From Azolla caroliniana (Eukaryota > Plantae > Polypodiophyta), in NCBI GenBank assembly GCA_043228905.1, contig JBHGNT010000291.1, forward strand, positions 1 through 39,101: a stretch of 39,101 nucleotides of DNA, read 5' to 3'. This document shows positions 23,401 to 36,951 of the stretch, piece after piece. The stretch's first letter is position 1; the number at the start of each line of letters is the position of its first letter. The position numbers and the translations under genes were made by a program. The notes beneath the pieces are model-generated. The model saw only the letters and a list, made by a program, of their open reading frames with translations, searched no databases and was not told the DNA's origin.

Positions 23401-25066
23401 TTCAACAAAGAAGGGAACAGATACTTGTGACCCTCCATCCAGTATCCCATGTCCAGGGACAAAAAAATGCTCAATTTGTCCAAATTGCAAAGGGAACTGC
23501 CCGTACATAACGGGCCTGCCATAATTCTCCGGGAATCCTGAGTAAGGAAAGTAGCCTCCATAAAAACCAGGATGTTCATACATGTGGATGAAGACTATCT
23601 CCTTATCTTTCGCACCACTGTAAATTGGCATGCCTGTCATACTGTAAGATCCGTCAAGCTGGGGAAAAGGAGCCCCAGGTCCACAAGGCATCCCTTGAGT
23701 GCCTGAAAGAGGAACACCAGGCCCTAATAATGGAGAGCGATTACTGTCATCATCAGCGGAGGCACTACAGCCTGGGTGTGGTTTGGCGTCTCCTCTTTTC
23801 CCTCCATCATTGCCTGTAGGAATAAATCATCCAATACATAAGTGAAACATCAAAATGATTTAGATTATGTAAGAGCAGAAAGACTCACTTGAATCTAGTG
23901 GTGGATCTGAAACTTGTTCATTTCTTTGCACCAATGTATTGACAGGACTAGAAGAATATGCCTGAGATTTTGAGGAGTCTTCCAACTGCACTCCTCAGAG
24001 AAGGACTATACATGAGAACAATTTTGGACTGGAAAATGGGCTGCACTTAACAGAAAACATCTTTAACATAGCCACACTCCAATGGGTTAGGCATAGCTGT
24101 ACAAATCCATACCTTTTTTGTGCTGTCCAAACCATCTCCAGTATTTTCTGCACCCGAGGTTGACTGAATCAGGTGCTTCACATTCTTAATTAAGCATCCT
24201 GATTCACTGTCTGAAGTGGATCTAGGATACACCTTTATACCATCATCCCAAGATTCAGAACTTACGGAATTGAAAGATATGTTGCTGGCAACATCAGATC
24301 CATTAATACCAGCAGAAGAAGGGGGTGAGATATAGCTCTCAGTCGACGAGTGGCAGGTGGACTTCTCAACCACACATCTCTCTCCTTCCTTCTTTGAAGC
24401 CACAATACCTTCTGCCTTTGCACCCATCCCATTTTTACCAATGTTTCCACTAACACAAGCCAATCGACTTGTACTGCCCCAACTAAATGTGCCCCTGCGA
24501 TGTCAAACATCGCTGAAAATGTAAACAATGTATCTCGACAATAAAATCTAAAAAGTTACAGATATTACAAAGGTTTGAGAAAGAATACGTGTTTGAAAAT
24601 GTAAACAAAATATCTTACCATTATCAATAAAAGTTATAATTACTACGAAAACGAATATTAAGAAGATTTTGAGGGAGAAGACTAAGATAAATAACATACT
24701 TTGGCACAATATTCACTTCTGGTACCAGTCCTTGATTCTCCAACCTACAGCAAATTCCATATTAAGTGTAAAACAAACCCAAATTCGTTCTTATGAAAAA
24801 ACAAAGGATCTATCAAATTTCACCTTTGACTGGGCAAATTGATGGGTTTGGGGGCAGTTGGAATTCTGCCGAGCAGTGTCATACCCCTCCTAACTGAACC
24901 CACTCTGCAAAAGAAAAGAAAGCATATTTCAAATGGTAAGTTTAGGTCGCGTGAGCTTTTTCCATCCTTATCTTCCTAGGTCTATAATGAGCTAGTGCTG
25001 CTACTTCTATACTATGTTATTCTCTTTGGGTGGAGCAGAGGATCACCTTCTTTCAGTGGCAGCCAT
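20488..25066 (-). CDS. MOS1: Divergent MODIFIER OF SNC1 1 (MOS1)/BAT2-N domain-like protein, 6 exons, ~1316 aa
   Basis: Exons 25066-25047, 24904-24824, 24744-24700, 24494-24113, 23985-23889 and 23813-20488 join in frame (3951 nt) with GT-AG junctions. The N-terminus [56 protein letters not shown] closely matches the conserved MOS1 start motif ([41 protein letters not shown]). The remainder is low-complexity and divergent. Orthology versus paralogy is unresolved. Confidence 0.85.
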
Positions 25067-26882
25067 CGGGTGTACGCGCTAATAGAAAAAATACTCCTGT
25101 TTAAGTGGAGCAGTTGTGAATCATGAAACCTGGGGCTTATGCATTCACCATAACATTTTATTGAGGCAGCGTACATTAGGCAAATCTAATGAAGAAGACT
25201 ATATTCCATTTTTTCGAGTACACTAAAGAAAAAGAAAAGAAAAAGGTTTACATGGATGCACTAAAATGAAGAGTTGGTTGTGAACGCTGTCAGCCTGTCT
25301 CCGTTTCTGCTATGGCGAGGAACTGCAGAAGCTAGAGCATCGTCCGGCTTCTTGTGCTGCTACAGACAAGATCCTACATCCCTCCTCAGCAAAAGATAGT
25401 AGTAGAGTGGCATTGCCTTTCTCTTAGCGGGGGAGGTAAGACAGAGAGATGGAATGAATTGGGAGGGTGTAGGGTTTTAGGGCTCCAGCCTCCAATCCAA
25501 CGAGAAGAAGTTGTTTCTTTGAAATAGCAGGGGAGGGGAGGGAGGGTTTTAGCACATTTTTGTTGTTAGAAGGACAAGTCTTAAAAAGAAGAGCGAGCGA
25601 GAGATGGAATGGAGAACCATTGGATCGATTGATCGATCGATGGTTAATCTTAATATGTATGTATGTATATAGTCATGACTCACGAAACCTCATATCCCAC
25701 TCGTTGCAACTTGCGAGATGTCCATAGAATGAGCTGCTCTTTGATGACCGACAAGTACCCTTGAACTTGCATACATAATGCCTTAGTTGACAATGACCTT
25801 TGGTCGTGGACCTAGTTGGATTAAGTCGGTATTGCATATGAGAGTTGTAAAAACAACAACCATTATTGACTCACACTCACGAAGATGCCCTACTCGCTCG
25901 CATGACAAAAAGTTATAATATCGTCATCTTGGTCTTAAAGATTTTGGTGCTCCATTTTAGATAGCTTCAACAAGTATAAGCAACATGTGGATGACAATAC
26001 CTTATGAAGAGATAAAAATTATATTGCCCTTTTTCCAATTGCATCTTTAATGTTGAGTTTTTATTATTCCATTTGAACGAAAGACCGTATATCTCATTTA
26101 GAAATGATTTGCCCACCACAAGGTTGTTGATTGCGAATAAATTATAAGCCAATGCATTCAACCTAATGGCTAGATAAGTACCCCACATTTCATGTACATT
26201 GTTTGTTGTACTGCACACACTAAGGGCATAACAAAGTGTTGCTTTTTCATGTTCATTCTTACCATTGATTCAATAGCAACTTGCCAATCTTGACATGCAT
26301 TTATTCCATAAAAATGTCAGAATGAAGGCCCAAATTTTCCTATAGTTATAAATATTCCCATATTTATTTAAAACTCTCATGGGAAATTCCTTTTGGTGCA
26401 AATATGAAGAGAAGAGCCCTCTCTTATCAATCTATGTATCTACTTTTTATAAATATAGTCTCTCTTTTTTTCTTTTTTATCGTAATTAGCTTACCCAAGT
26501 GGTAAGTTGTTACACTACAATTACTACGTCTTGGGTTCAAAACCAATTTTCTCACCTCTCTTATGTTACTTCATACATATCTCTCAATTCACTAGATACC
26601 ACCCTAGAATTTAGGGGTTCAATCCACCACCTCCTGGCCATTAGCCAACCTTACTAATGTCTCTCTCTCTCTCTCAATGGCATCTCTTTCTCTTCATTTC
26701 CCATCCTTTTTCATGCATAATTGCTCTAAATTCCCCTTTGCTTGGTTGGCTACTTTTTTGTTGATTTTTGACACCACTTTGCCACCAAAATTTCGATTTC
26801 CGACATTGGTTTGTTGCATATGATATTCTATTATGAATATTGTGAAATATGAAGCCGGCCATAACCGGTCAACACGTGCAAA

Positions 26883-27255
26883 TGAGAGACGCAGAGATCA
26901 AGACAATCATACACAAGAAAAGAAAGTATAGAGACACAAGATCTTTTCATGTGGAAAACCCTAAAAGGGAAAAACTATGGGAGTCCACAAACTCCGAGTA
27001 ATTACTATAGTGGGAGGAATATACAACAAGAAACTCCAAGGCAACAACCTTGAGTTCTTCTTCGTCCACATACGGCTACAAGAGTTACAACTCTCTTTCT
27101 CTCTCTCTCCTACACACTAGTTACACTCACTAATCCTACTACAACTCTCTCATAATGATTTGCCCTAGATGTATTTATACTAATACATACTATGGACTAT
27201 TTACAAATATAACGAGTTGTAGGTGCACCAAAACATATTTACAAATATGATTACT
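26883..27255. mobile_element. Possible solo LTR fragment
   Basis: Contains GTGGAAAACCCT....GGGAAAAACTATGGG, CT-rich tracts and TATTTATAC, which are typical of plant LTR sequence. Ends and TSD not resolved. Confidence 0.4.
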
Positions 27256-27789
27256 TTTGGATACCTCTCCATATCCGACCAAATGTCTTCCAGTCGGTCC
27301 TGCTCCGGATCTGGTCTCTCCTTCAAACCCATCTGATCCAGTTCTTCGTTTTACACCTGGTTCTTGTTCTTCAAACTCCAATCCAAGTCGTACTCTCTTC
27401 CCATCCAGAGGGGCCTATTTCCTAATAAACCCCCCTTCACTCTAGTATGGGGTACTTTGTTAGTCCAACCCTTTGCCGACACATGTTCAACTTCTCTACC
27501 AACAACACCTTCGTTAGCATATCCGATCCGTTTTCCTCCGTGTGGATCTTTATCAGAGCAAAATCTTTTTCTTCTACCCTCTCCTTAAGCCAATGGTATC
27601 TCCTCTATATGTGCTTAGTCCTTGAGTGGTAGGTGTTAACCGGTGGGACAAGTGGGCACTGTGTCAAACGAGCAAAGGGAGTCGAGCACTAATAGTCGAA
27701 CAAAGGGAGCCGAGTATTAAGGAGAAACGGTTGTAAAGCGCCGAGCATAGAGGACCATATATATATCGAGTGTTAGAACAGGGGGGAAA

Positions 27790-29853
27790 CTATTTTGGAG
27801 CTATATTACCTCTTCTCAAGCCGATGTAATTTGTGTTCAAGAACATAAACAAGTTGAATTCAATGGTCAAGTTGGTTCATTTGGAGGTTTTGACATATTC
27901 TATAAAGATCAAGGTACAACATCTGGAGTGCTTATCGTCATAAAACATGAGCTAAATCCTACGGTTGCCTATAATGATCAACGTGGGAGGTGGATGGTTG
28001 TGCAATGAATGATAAATGGCGAGACATATGATTTTGTTGGAATATATGCCCCGAATGCCGCAAGGGATAGAGCTTTACTTTGGCAAGACATTTGTGCTTA
28101 TGTGGAGATTTCAACAACTCTCCAAATGCAGGTGATAACACTAGTGGGCACTCACATATGTTGAGAGAGGAACAAGGTCAGTGGTGTAATATGCAAAGCT
28201 CATTGGATTGGGTTGATTTATGGAAAATGGCGCACCCACATGTTCATGGGTTTACCTTTCATCACACCACCAACTCCTCATACTATGCAAGTCAGTATGA
28301 AAATTTCACATATACAATGCAAATAGACCATGCTTTGCAGTTGTCAGATGATGTGGTTGTCTGTCTAGACCTTCATTTTGGGAATCATTCCTATGAAGTG
28401 CATCTCCAAAGGAAGAGATTTATGCTCATTAACAACAACTACCTCAAGCATGATCTCTTCAAGAGGATGGTCTATGACATAATACATCCTCTTTAAGTAG
28501 AAGTCAACATAGATGTTGATATAGCGTGGGTACATTTTATACATAGATTACAAACAATAATACAAGAGTATGGGAAGTGGTATGTCTGAAGACAGAGAGA
28601 TTGCACTCAACAAGCCAAATTTACTTGTCAAGCCCTAACGGGGTTAGCAAATAGAAGATCTTTGACTTTACATGAAGAGGATGCATTGTGTATGGCCAAA
28701 CCCACATTGATGCTACGTGACAAAAATAAATTAGAAAAATGGCAAGTTAGGTCAAGACAGATTCCATTGAAAGACAAAGGATGCTCTTCTAAATCCTTCT
28801 TCAAAAGGTTGCATCTTATACGCCAAAAGGAATTATCCATTAAATTCATCAAAATTGGTGATGGTTTGTGGACTACAAACTGACTTGACATAGCCAAGGA
28901 AGCTGCTCTATCTGCAATAACATCAAAGAAAGATGCATCAGCTTTAACAACAGACAAGAATCTACAACGTGTAACTCACTTCTCACACATCTTTGAGAAC
29001 AATGTAGTTGTTACAGATGTAGTTAAATAGGACAAAGATACATTCTTGTCACTAGTTCAACCCACTATTTGTGTTGATAAAGCTATTGCTTTGGATGCAA
29101 CATTCACAATGGAGGAGCTTTTGGAGGCTTGGAAGGGCCTCAGGAAAGGCAAAGCGTCTGGTTGGCATGGTATTATATTAGAGTTCATTGCAGAATTTTG
29201 GGATGTCCTTAAGAATTTAATCCTATCCATGGCAAATAATGCTTGGCAACAATGGGATATGCCCGTCCCATGGTAAGAAGGTTTGGTCAAATTAATACCC
29301 AAAAAGAAACTATGTGAATCTTTTTTGGATTGGCGACCAATCACTCTCATGCCAATGATCTATAAACTTATTGCAAAGATAATTGCTAATCGTATTAAGG
29401 ACAATTTGTTGGGAGGCGTCCACGTAAACCAGTATGGATTCATTCCTCGAAGGCAGATTATAGATAATATTGCTAATGCCTATATTGGAATGGAGGATTC
29501 CAAATACACGAAACAAGATGTATTGCTCATGCAAATTGACATTGAAAAGGCCTTTGACACCATCCAATGGGATTTTGTGGCAACCACAATGGTCAACCTA
29601 GGATTTGATCCGAAATGTCTCAAGTAATCTATTGGCTTTATGAGTCTAGCACATCTTCATGCAGTATCGAGGGTGAATCATGGAGCTTAGCCAAATCATT
29701 ATGGCAAGGTTGTCCTATAACTGCATTGTTGTATGCAATCACAACTCATCCACTACTATTGTACATGGATCATTTAGTAGTATCAATTGGTCAACTTCAC
29801 TGTTTGCAAATGCTCAATGACCATTGCTTCTAGGCTAAGCTCTTTGGCCACGA
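27790..29853 (+). mobile_element. Degenerate L1-clade LINE ORF2 (APE endonuclease plus partial RT)
   Basis: DVICVQEHK, GIYAP, LCGDFN (endonuclease); GKASGWHG, WRPITLMPMIYKLIAKIIANR, QYGFI, DIEKAFD, QGCPI (RT). Many stops and frameshifts; breaks off at the LFADD-equivalent position. Confidence 0.88.
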
Positions 29854-29956
29854 CCCGTGACAAAATAGACACAAGTAGCTGCTCATCCTTAATTCCTTGC
29901 ATCGTTCTCCATAGAGACAACTTCATGTCATCTGTTGCTTCCTCAATGGTTAGGTC

Positions 29957-31705
29957 TGTCACGAACGAGTATAATAGAGTAGAATCGAGATGAGACTAAG
30001 AACTAGGAGAGAGAGAAAGAACAAGAGCTCGACTTATGATTCTGTAACTGGTGTTGTTCACCTTAATTAGAATCAAGGTGCACCTGAGTATTTATGCAAG
30101 AAGGTAGAGATATGTATGCTAGCTAGGAATAGAGAATGCATGAAGATCCATGCAAGCTAGGAATAGAGAATGCATGTATGCAAGCTAGCAATAAAGAATG
30201 CATGTATGCAAGCTAGGAAAAGAGAATGCATGTAAGCAAGCTAGGAATAGAGAATGCATGCAAGCTAAGAACTTCCAATGTTCAATCTACCATACATGAA
30301 GTTGGATTTTAATACAAGGATGCATAAATGGATGTAGCTTAGTTGGTAGGGTTGCCCAATGGAGACCAGGAGGTCTTGGTTCAATTCGTACCTTCCACCG
30401 TAGTGTGGCATATGTCTATGGCATTATCCTCCCCCTCAGGCCGCCTCCGAAGATCCGTGGCCGGCTTCTATGGGTACAATTGATGAAAAGCTCGAATCAC
30501 CACGTGAGCATTTTGTAAATGTGTAACTGGTTTCCACGTGGCATCCGAAATGGGGTAACCTTTCCATAAGGCCAAATATTGAAGTCGTTGTCACCACAAG
30601 CGGGAGTCGAGGATCTGGTCAACCTCGTACTCCTCCCTTGTCGATAATTCCACGAGTGGCAGTGGAGGAGGTTGTCGTTACGGAATTCCAGAAGGATGGT
30701 ATAAGGATGGTATAGTTCAAGGAGAGAGATGTGGAAAACATTGTGAATCCTAAATGTTGGGGGAAGCGCTAACCGGAATGCAACTGGGTTGATTCACTCG
30801 ATGATACGGAAGGGGCCTAGCTTTTTGTAGTCTAGCTTCGTGTAGGGACAAGTGGTGGAGATGTGGCAGCGTAGCAACCAAACCATGTCACTGACTGCAA
30901 AGGGTGGTGCAGCCAAGCGATGATGGTTAGCGTGATCCTGATATTGTTTTCCAGCAACACATAGCTCAAGGGAGAGGTCACAATGGACATCTTGTAAACT
31001 GCGAGCACACATCTCTGCCGACAGATTGATAAAAATCGCAGGAATGGAAATTTTGAAACGAGGGTGGAACCCATAGTTTGCAAAGAATGGGGAAACCTTA
31101 GTGGATGCATGGATACTATTATTGTAGGCAAATTCTGCCATGGCAAGGAAGTCCACCCAATCCTCTTGTTGGTAGCTTATTGTACACCAAAGGTATTGTT
31201 CAAGGATTTGGTTGACTCTTTCAGTTTGGCTGTTGTCAAGTTCACATAAGTCCCAAATGTTTGCAGAAGTCGTTGCCAAAAGTGGGAGATAAATTGAGGA
31301 CCTCGATCAGAGGTGGCATCCTCAGGTAAGCCGTGTAGACGAACAACATTTTTCCGAAAAAGATCCGTCCTCTCCTCCCCCGAAGTGGTTTTTGAGCATG
31401 GGACAAAGTGAGCCATCTTCGAAAACCGATCGACGATCACTAACACCATGTCATGGCCACCAACCTGAGGGAGATCGGTTATAAAGGCCATCGAGAGAGA
31501 CGCCCATGGTGGACTAGGAAGTGGAAGCAGGTGGAGAAGGCCATATGGACGATGGTGAGCCACGTTGGAGCAGGCACAAACGTCACACATCTTGATAAAT
31601 TCTTTGACAAAATTCCAAGGTTGGGGCCACCAAAACCCCCGAGATAGCAACTGCAGTGTTTTCACGACCCACCAAATTTCCAAGGTTGGGCCCATTGGTT
31701 GCATC
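29957..31705 (-). mobile_element. Truncated Ty3/Gypsy chromovirus: integrase, chromodomain, PPT and 3' LTR
   Basis: FWWP, CDVC, VDRFSKMAHFVPC, SDRGPQFIS, TERVNQILEQYL, AEFAYNN, KLGPFRI. Chromodomain EEYEVDQILDSR..YLALWKGYP..TW at ~30470-30640. PPT GAGGGGGAGG at ~30427-30437. LTR ~29957 (TGTCACG) to 30423 (CA). Confidence 0.9.
30115..30272. repeat. ~28-bp tandem repeats inside the Gypsy LTR
   Basis: GCAAGCTAGGAATAGAGAATGCATGTAT repeated about 5 times. Confidence 0.9.
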
Positions 31706-31809
31706 TTTCATATAATTACACAGGAAGAGAAGTATATGATGCCTACAGATCGGATATGTTAACATCAAGTGATAAATATGTCACTTACAATTAGTTCACA
31801 AGATTGTGA

Positions 31810-33670
31810 TCAACACAATTCACTAATGTTGTTATACCTCGGAAAGTACGCATGGGGTATTGTTCTATTTGTGCAAACCTGAAGAGCATGGCTAAAGGTG
31901 CCAAAACAACAAAGGAGAAGGACATCAATAAAAAGTTGTTGTAGGACCATCGAGAAGCGCAAGCCCTAGAGCGGAAAAAAGTGATGCATCACAAAGAGAA
32001 GTCGTTGAAGAAACCAGAGAAATATATGTGTCTCATGATTGACGGTATGGACCAGAAGAAGACGTGTTTTGCCTCACCTTAGGAGGCTTCCGAAAGATGT
32101 CAACGACGAATGTCCAGTTCAAATGCACTTGGTAGGTTGTTTGGGTTATAATGGGACAAGTAAACCTCACATCTTCATTACTTACCCAAATGTCCACAAC
32201 AACCCCAACCTAACAATTATTGTGATTCAAAGGGTTTTGATGAATTGGGGACACCCATTGCCCCCTGTTCTCTGCATTCAATTGGACAACACTACTAGGG
32301 AGAACAAGAATTCAACTATCTTCGGATATTTGAGCATGTTGGTGAAACAAGGAGTGTTTAAGAAAGTTAATGTTAACTTTGTTCTGGTTGGTCACACACA
32401 TGACCATATTGATCAGATGTTCAGTACATTCTGTAGACAATTGTCTTGATATGATGTTCTCACATTACCGAAGTTATTTGATGTCATTTGTGATGCATAT
32501 ACGCCACATCCGAATGTGATCCACTTAAAGGAGATATACGACTTTAAGAGATACATAGCAGATGGCGGGGATAAGAATGTGAAAGTGTTAACCCAACTAA
32601 ACAATATTAGCTTCAATAATGTATTCTTGATAAAGAAAAATGATATAAGTGGTTGTACATTGTTGCATGCAAAGCAATATTCATCTTCCCCATAGTGGGA
32701 GCTAGAAGGTGGTTGCCAGTTCTTGCTTCATATGCCATCTGTAACTATTGGTTATGGTGCAAAACAAATGCCGATTGAGACTAAAAAGGAAATGCACAAT
32801 GACTTGGTAGATGGACAAAGGAACTTTGGGATGCAAGTCTTACAGGACAAAAGGAAGCACATTGATACTGCAAAGAAGTATGTTGTACCACAATCTACCT
32901 CAAGGTGGGACATGTTCTTTAGTGATCAACAAGAAATTATTGATAATTCCTTCAATGGTATTTGGCCCTTGCAAATACTATTTACGTGGTGGTCCATACA
33001 ACACATGCCTAATTCTCAAACGCCACCTCGTGCACCTAATGCGGATCTTGACAACTTGCTCCATCAACAATAGCGAGACATTTATGTGGGACCAAGGATG
33101 ACAAAAGCAGCTAAAGCTCGTTGGCAAGGAAACACACAAGAAATAAAGGTTGGAATGTTAATTGCCATACCTACAAATGACAATGACATGGGGCACCAAG
33201 TTTAGATTGGTAAAGTATTGGACGTGGTGATGCATGAAAACCAAAATCAGATAAAGTCTACAAAGCTGCATTGGTACAACACTAAAAGCAATAATGCATT
33301 TACAGGCAAGTATACATTGGAGATGATAGAATGCCCAACGTCAAGAGGAAATAGAAAGCGGAAGAGAAATATTCATTACACATAGACCCTTGACATGCAA
33401 GAGGTGGATACCATTGTGTACGACTTTACATTGAGAAAAGTTGGATGTTTAAGGAAGTAAATAATAGACATAATAAATTTGAAATTGCCAAGTCTACAAC
33501 GCTTTTTAGATCGAAGGCGTACCAGATCTTCTACACATGATTTGGAGATACAACATTTGCTTTTAGATGAAGACAATGCTTTGATTAATACATCTGATGA
33601 GGAGGAGGATGAGTCACCATTGTATATTAGGCTCTATAGTAGTGATTCTTATGAGAGGAATAACTCTTGA
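31810..33670 (+). mobile_element. Degenerate DDD/E DNA-transposase, Sola-like
   Basis: GYCSIC (CxxC), IDGMDQKKTCLP, LPPVLCIQLDNTTRENKN, VNFVLVGHTHDHIDQMFS. Several stops and frameshifts. TIRs not found. The superfamily call is from motif recall. Confidence 0.7.
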
Positions 33671-34082
33671 TTGTATTTTTGGCATGAATGGTTAATAATA
33701 TAAGCTTGTAAGAACTCGAATGATATAAAAGTTAATTGTTTTAAATCAATTGCTCCTTGTGAATATTGATTGTTATAACTTATAAACAACATGAGCTGTT
33801 AATTTTACGGTAAAAAATATGACGTAAATTTGTGACATTTGCCTAATTTTGTGAATTTTCAATTTTATGACATGGGGAGATTTTAAGCTTTTCCATTGAG
33901 TCTTTGAGGACATGTGATACAGGTATCACATGTTTTGTGAGATGGTTAAAAAAACCCTGAAATCAAATGGAATATTCCTTATCCTTCCAATTGATCGTGA
34001 TCCTTCCACTTCTGAACGCGAACATGTTTCAATGAATATATATGACCATGAGTTTAGAGTTTTGGTAAATGTTCATAAATTT

Positions 34083-34860
34083 ATCCCCTTTCTTTGTCGA
34101 CGAGTTCCACGAGTCACAATGCACGAACTAGGACTTGGCTTATTTAGATATCGACGATGAAATTAAGCTACAAGTTTTGTGGCATTAGTGGGATTCTCAA
34201 CAAGTTTCCATGTTTACCCCACAAGCGTATAACCCTACCAATCAACAAAATAATACAATTTGTTATGCACAACTTTGGAGTCCCAAATGGTCTCCACCTC
34301 ATGTTTTGGACCTTCATCAAGCTCAATAAAAGGTGGACAAGGAACAACACAACATGGAATAGAGTTCGAAGCATAAGGTTCCCAGGGTGATACATCAAAC
34401 ATTGGATGAAGAAGCATATGGGGAGGGATATCAAGATGAAAAACGACATTGATCTAGTTAGTGATTATATATGGACCGAGACATTGATAATCCAACTTGT
34501 TGCAAGACCTAGTGGTCATTACATCATAAAAGTCATATCTCCAACTCGAAATTTGGGTCTTTCTAGTGATGAGTCAAGACGATGATAATTTGCAAATGTT
34601 GAGCACATGAATTTCTGGGAGATGACATAGACGATCCTCCACACCAAGGTTTCTGGATTCTCGCACACTGTTCAACGAGGCTAGATACGGGTGTTGGCAA
34701 AGAAGGGAGAAAATTTGCCCGAGCTAGTTCACTTTGTTGGAATGCTTCAAAGTGATTGACATCCTCTCTTGCATGACGGCAAGAAAACGGTGTTTGGAAA
34801 TGTGACCCTTGTAATCGCAAAGTGACAAGGTATATTACCATCACATGTTAACTACTAAGT
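34083..34860 (-). mobile_element. Second, older Gypsy chromovirus remnant (integrase C-terminus plus chromodomain plus PPT)
   Basis: TTRSCNKLDYQCLGPY, HPMFDVSPWEPY, HEVETIWDSK..LYYFVDW*GY..TW. Purine tract AAAGAAAGGGGA at ~34084-34095. Confidence 0.8.
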
Positions 34861-35574
34861 GCCACTAATTAAATGAATATATACTTAGTGGGTTTGCTTC
34901 CAATTGGGTTGAATCTTCAAAAGAGAAAGATCGCTTTACTGTGTTGTGCTCAATGTGGTGGAGAATAAAAAACAACATTACACTTATTATGGAGCTACCT
35001 ACTAAACAAAACATTCATAGATAAAATATGCACAACAATTTAAACCCAAATTTCCTTGCAAAGGTTTTGGAAAATCTTTGGGCTGGTTATATAGATTTTG
35101 CACGACTAGCTTAAGCAATGTTGATTTCCTCCGCAACAAAAGAACTTGAGCACCTGAACCGTTAGATAGCTCACAATTGTCTAATCTTTGGTCAAGGCCA
35201 AATTCAAGGATTTAGCTTCTTCAAACAATCTCCATTCAATTGTCTACATCTTCGGAATATCTCAACATTACATTCTTTGCTTTCACCTCGCATTGAGGTT
35301 TAGTCTCACATGAAAAACGACATGATACCTTTTTTTCTTTTTCCCGTATACTAGTGGAGAATTTATTTTCCATCTTCTTTATGTTTTACCAAAGCACTCG
35401 CTTATCTTTATTGACAAATGTATTTTGCATTAAGGTTGGAATTCTTATTATTCATTGAATCGGCTAATCTAGTCTATAACTTAAATATGTGATGCAAAAG
35501 AATGGTGTAGAAATGAGTTTTTTGAGCTAATCCTATATAATGTGTAGAGTTTGATTTGCAATCAACAATAGTTC

Positions 35575-35790
35575 AGTCCAAAAGTGTCAAACTCAACCGT
35601 TTAGAAAAATTGAAATGTAAACCGAATCACAAAACTGTTTAAACCGAAACCATTACAAAAAATCCAAGCCCAAACCAAACAGTTTTAGAGACTTCCAAAC
35701 ATTTAAACCATTAAAACTGTAGTTTCACAATTTGGTTTTGGTTTTCAAGTGTTTTCGGTTTTCATTTTTTTGTGCATGAACATTTCTACA
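35575..35790. mobile_element. Possible hAT-type MITE fragment
   Basis: AAACCG/AAACCA motifs on the left switch to TGGTTT/CGGTTT on the right, as in hAT subterminal repeats. TIR and TSD not resolved. Confidence 0.45.
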
Positions 35791-36951
35791 CAGTGTTTTC
35801 TTATGATTATGCTTACCCCACCTCTATAGTACAAGGCAAAGCTCCACCTTGTAACAAGGTTTCACACTCTTATCTTTCGATTTTGTAAGGTAAGTTTGCA
35901 TACAATATTTTTTTATCTTGATCATCCTTAAATGCCAATGTGCCGTCACTATTATTATTGAAAGTGTTTCCGTTAAGTTCTGAGTTCATGTGCATGGAAA
36001 ATATTACAAAGTATTTCAATTAAACCTGCTTCTTGAAGAGATAATTTCTTTCACGATCATTCTCTTGGAATTTCAGGCCTCTTTCAAATGGATGTTCAAT
36101 ATTTTGTCTACTGCTGCTTCTGGTTGGGATCATTGGTCATGATGGAGCCTTCAAGCATGGTCTAATTAATAGAATCCAATCTCCCTCAATCTGTTAGTTA
36201 TGGGCACATGCTGTATGACAAAGCTTCACTGGTCCCACCCAAGTGGGTCATTGAAACATAGTTCACCATCATTGAGAGGTCGCTCGATGACAGGTAATAT
36301 AAATAAATCTGCTTAGGTAGTCTCTGTAAGTAATCTTACAGATGCATTCCATTTTTCTTTGCTTTTAATCCACATTAGTTTTTCATTACAGGCATCTAAT
36401 TTTCATTGAAATCATTCACCAGATCTCGTACTACACTGGAACATGAAATCGACAACATGTCTATTTGAAATACTTTTATATCTCAACCCTGTAGATCTGA
36501 ATCAGGCCGCTTCATCACATATAATCTGCAGCAACAACCAGATCAGTGTTACGAGATACTTCCGTTGGGCAATAGCCTTAATGCGATTTCTACTTCATTG
36601 AAGTGAGCTTTCACTAGAATCATTCATGTGTCCAATTCTATGCTGGCACTTTCAAGTCTTGAATCAATGAAGAGAATCCACTTATAGACAATATTCCATT
36701 CACAACACCTTAATTGGAAGATTCATTCATCTCTCAAAAGTGACATCCACTACTTTGCCACTTCTGAACTGATAAACGTTCAAGGTTCATCCGGCATATA
36801 TACAACAATAGCATTGCATACACCAGCAATGTTAGTGTCACACATGACTAGTTCATCCAAGAGTAACCAATTTGTGATGTACCCTGAAATACATTAGATA
36901 TGATAATGATGTGCAGACCAAGAGGCTCTTAAAAGACAATGCGCTCCTTAA

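Noticed and set aside
35900-36900. Extra PPR exon or DYW domain downstream of the stop
   Set aside because: Frequent stops in the frames I read and no HxE/CxxC/DYW motif; more likely 3'UTR.
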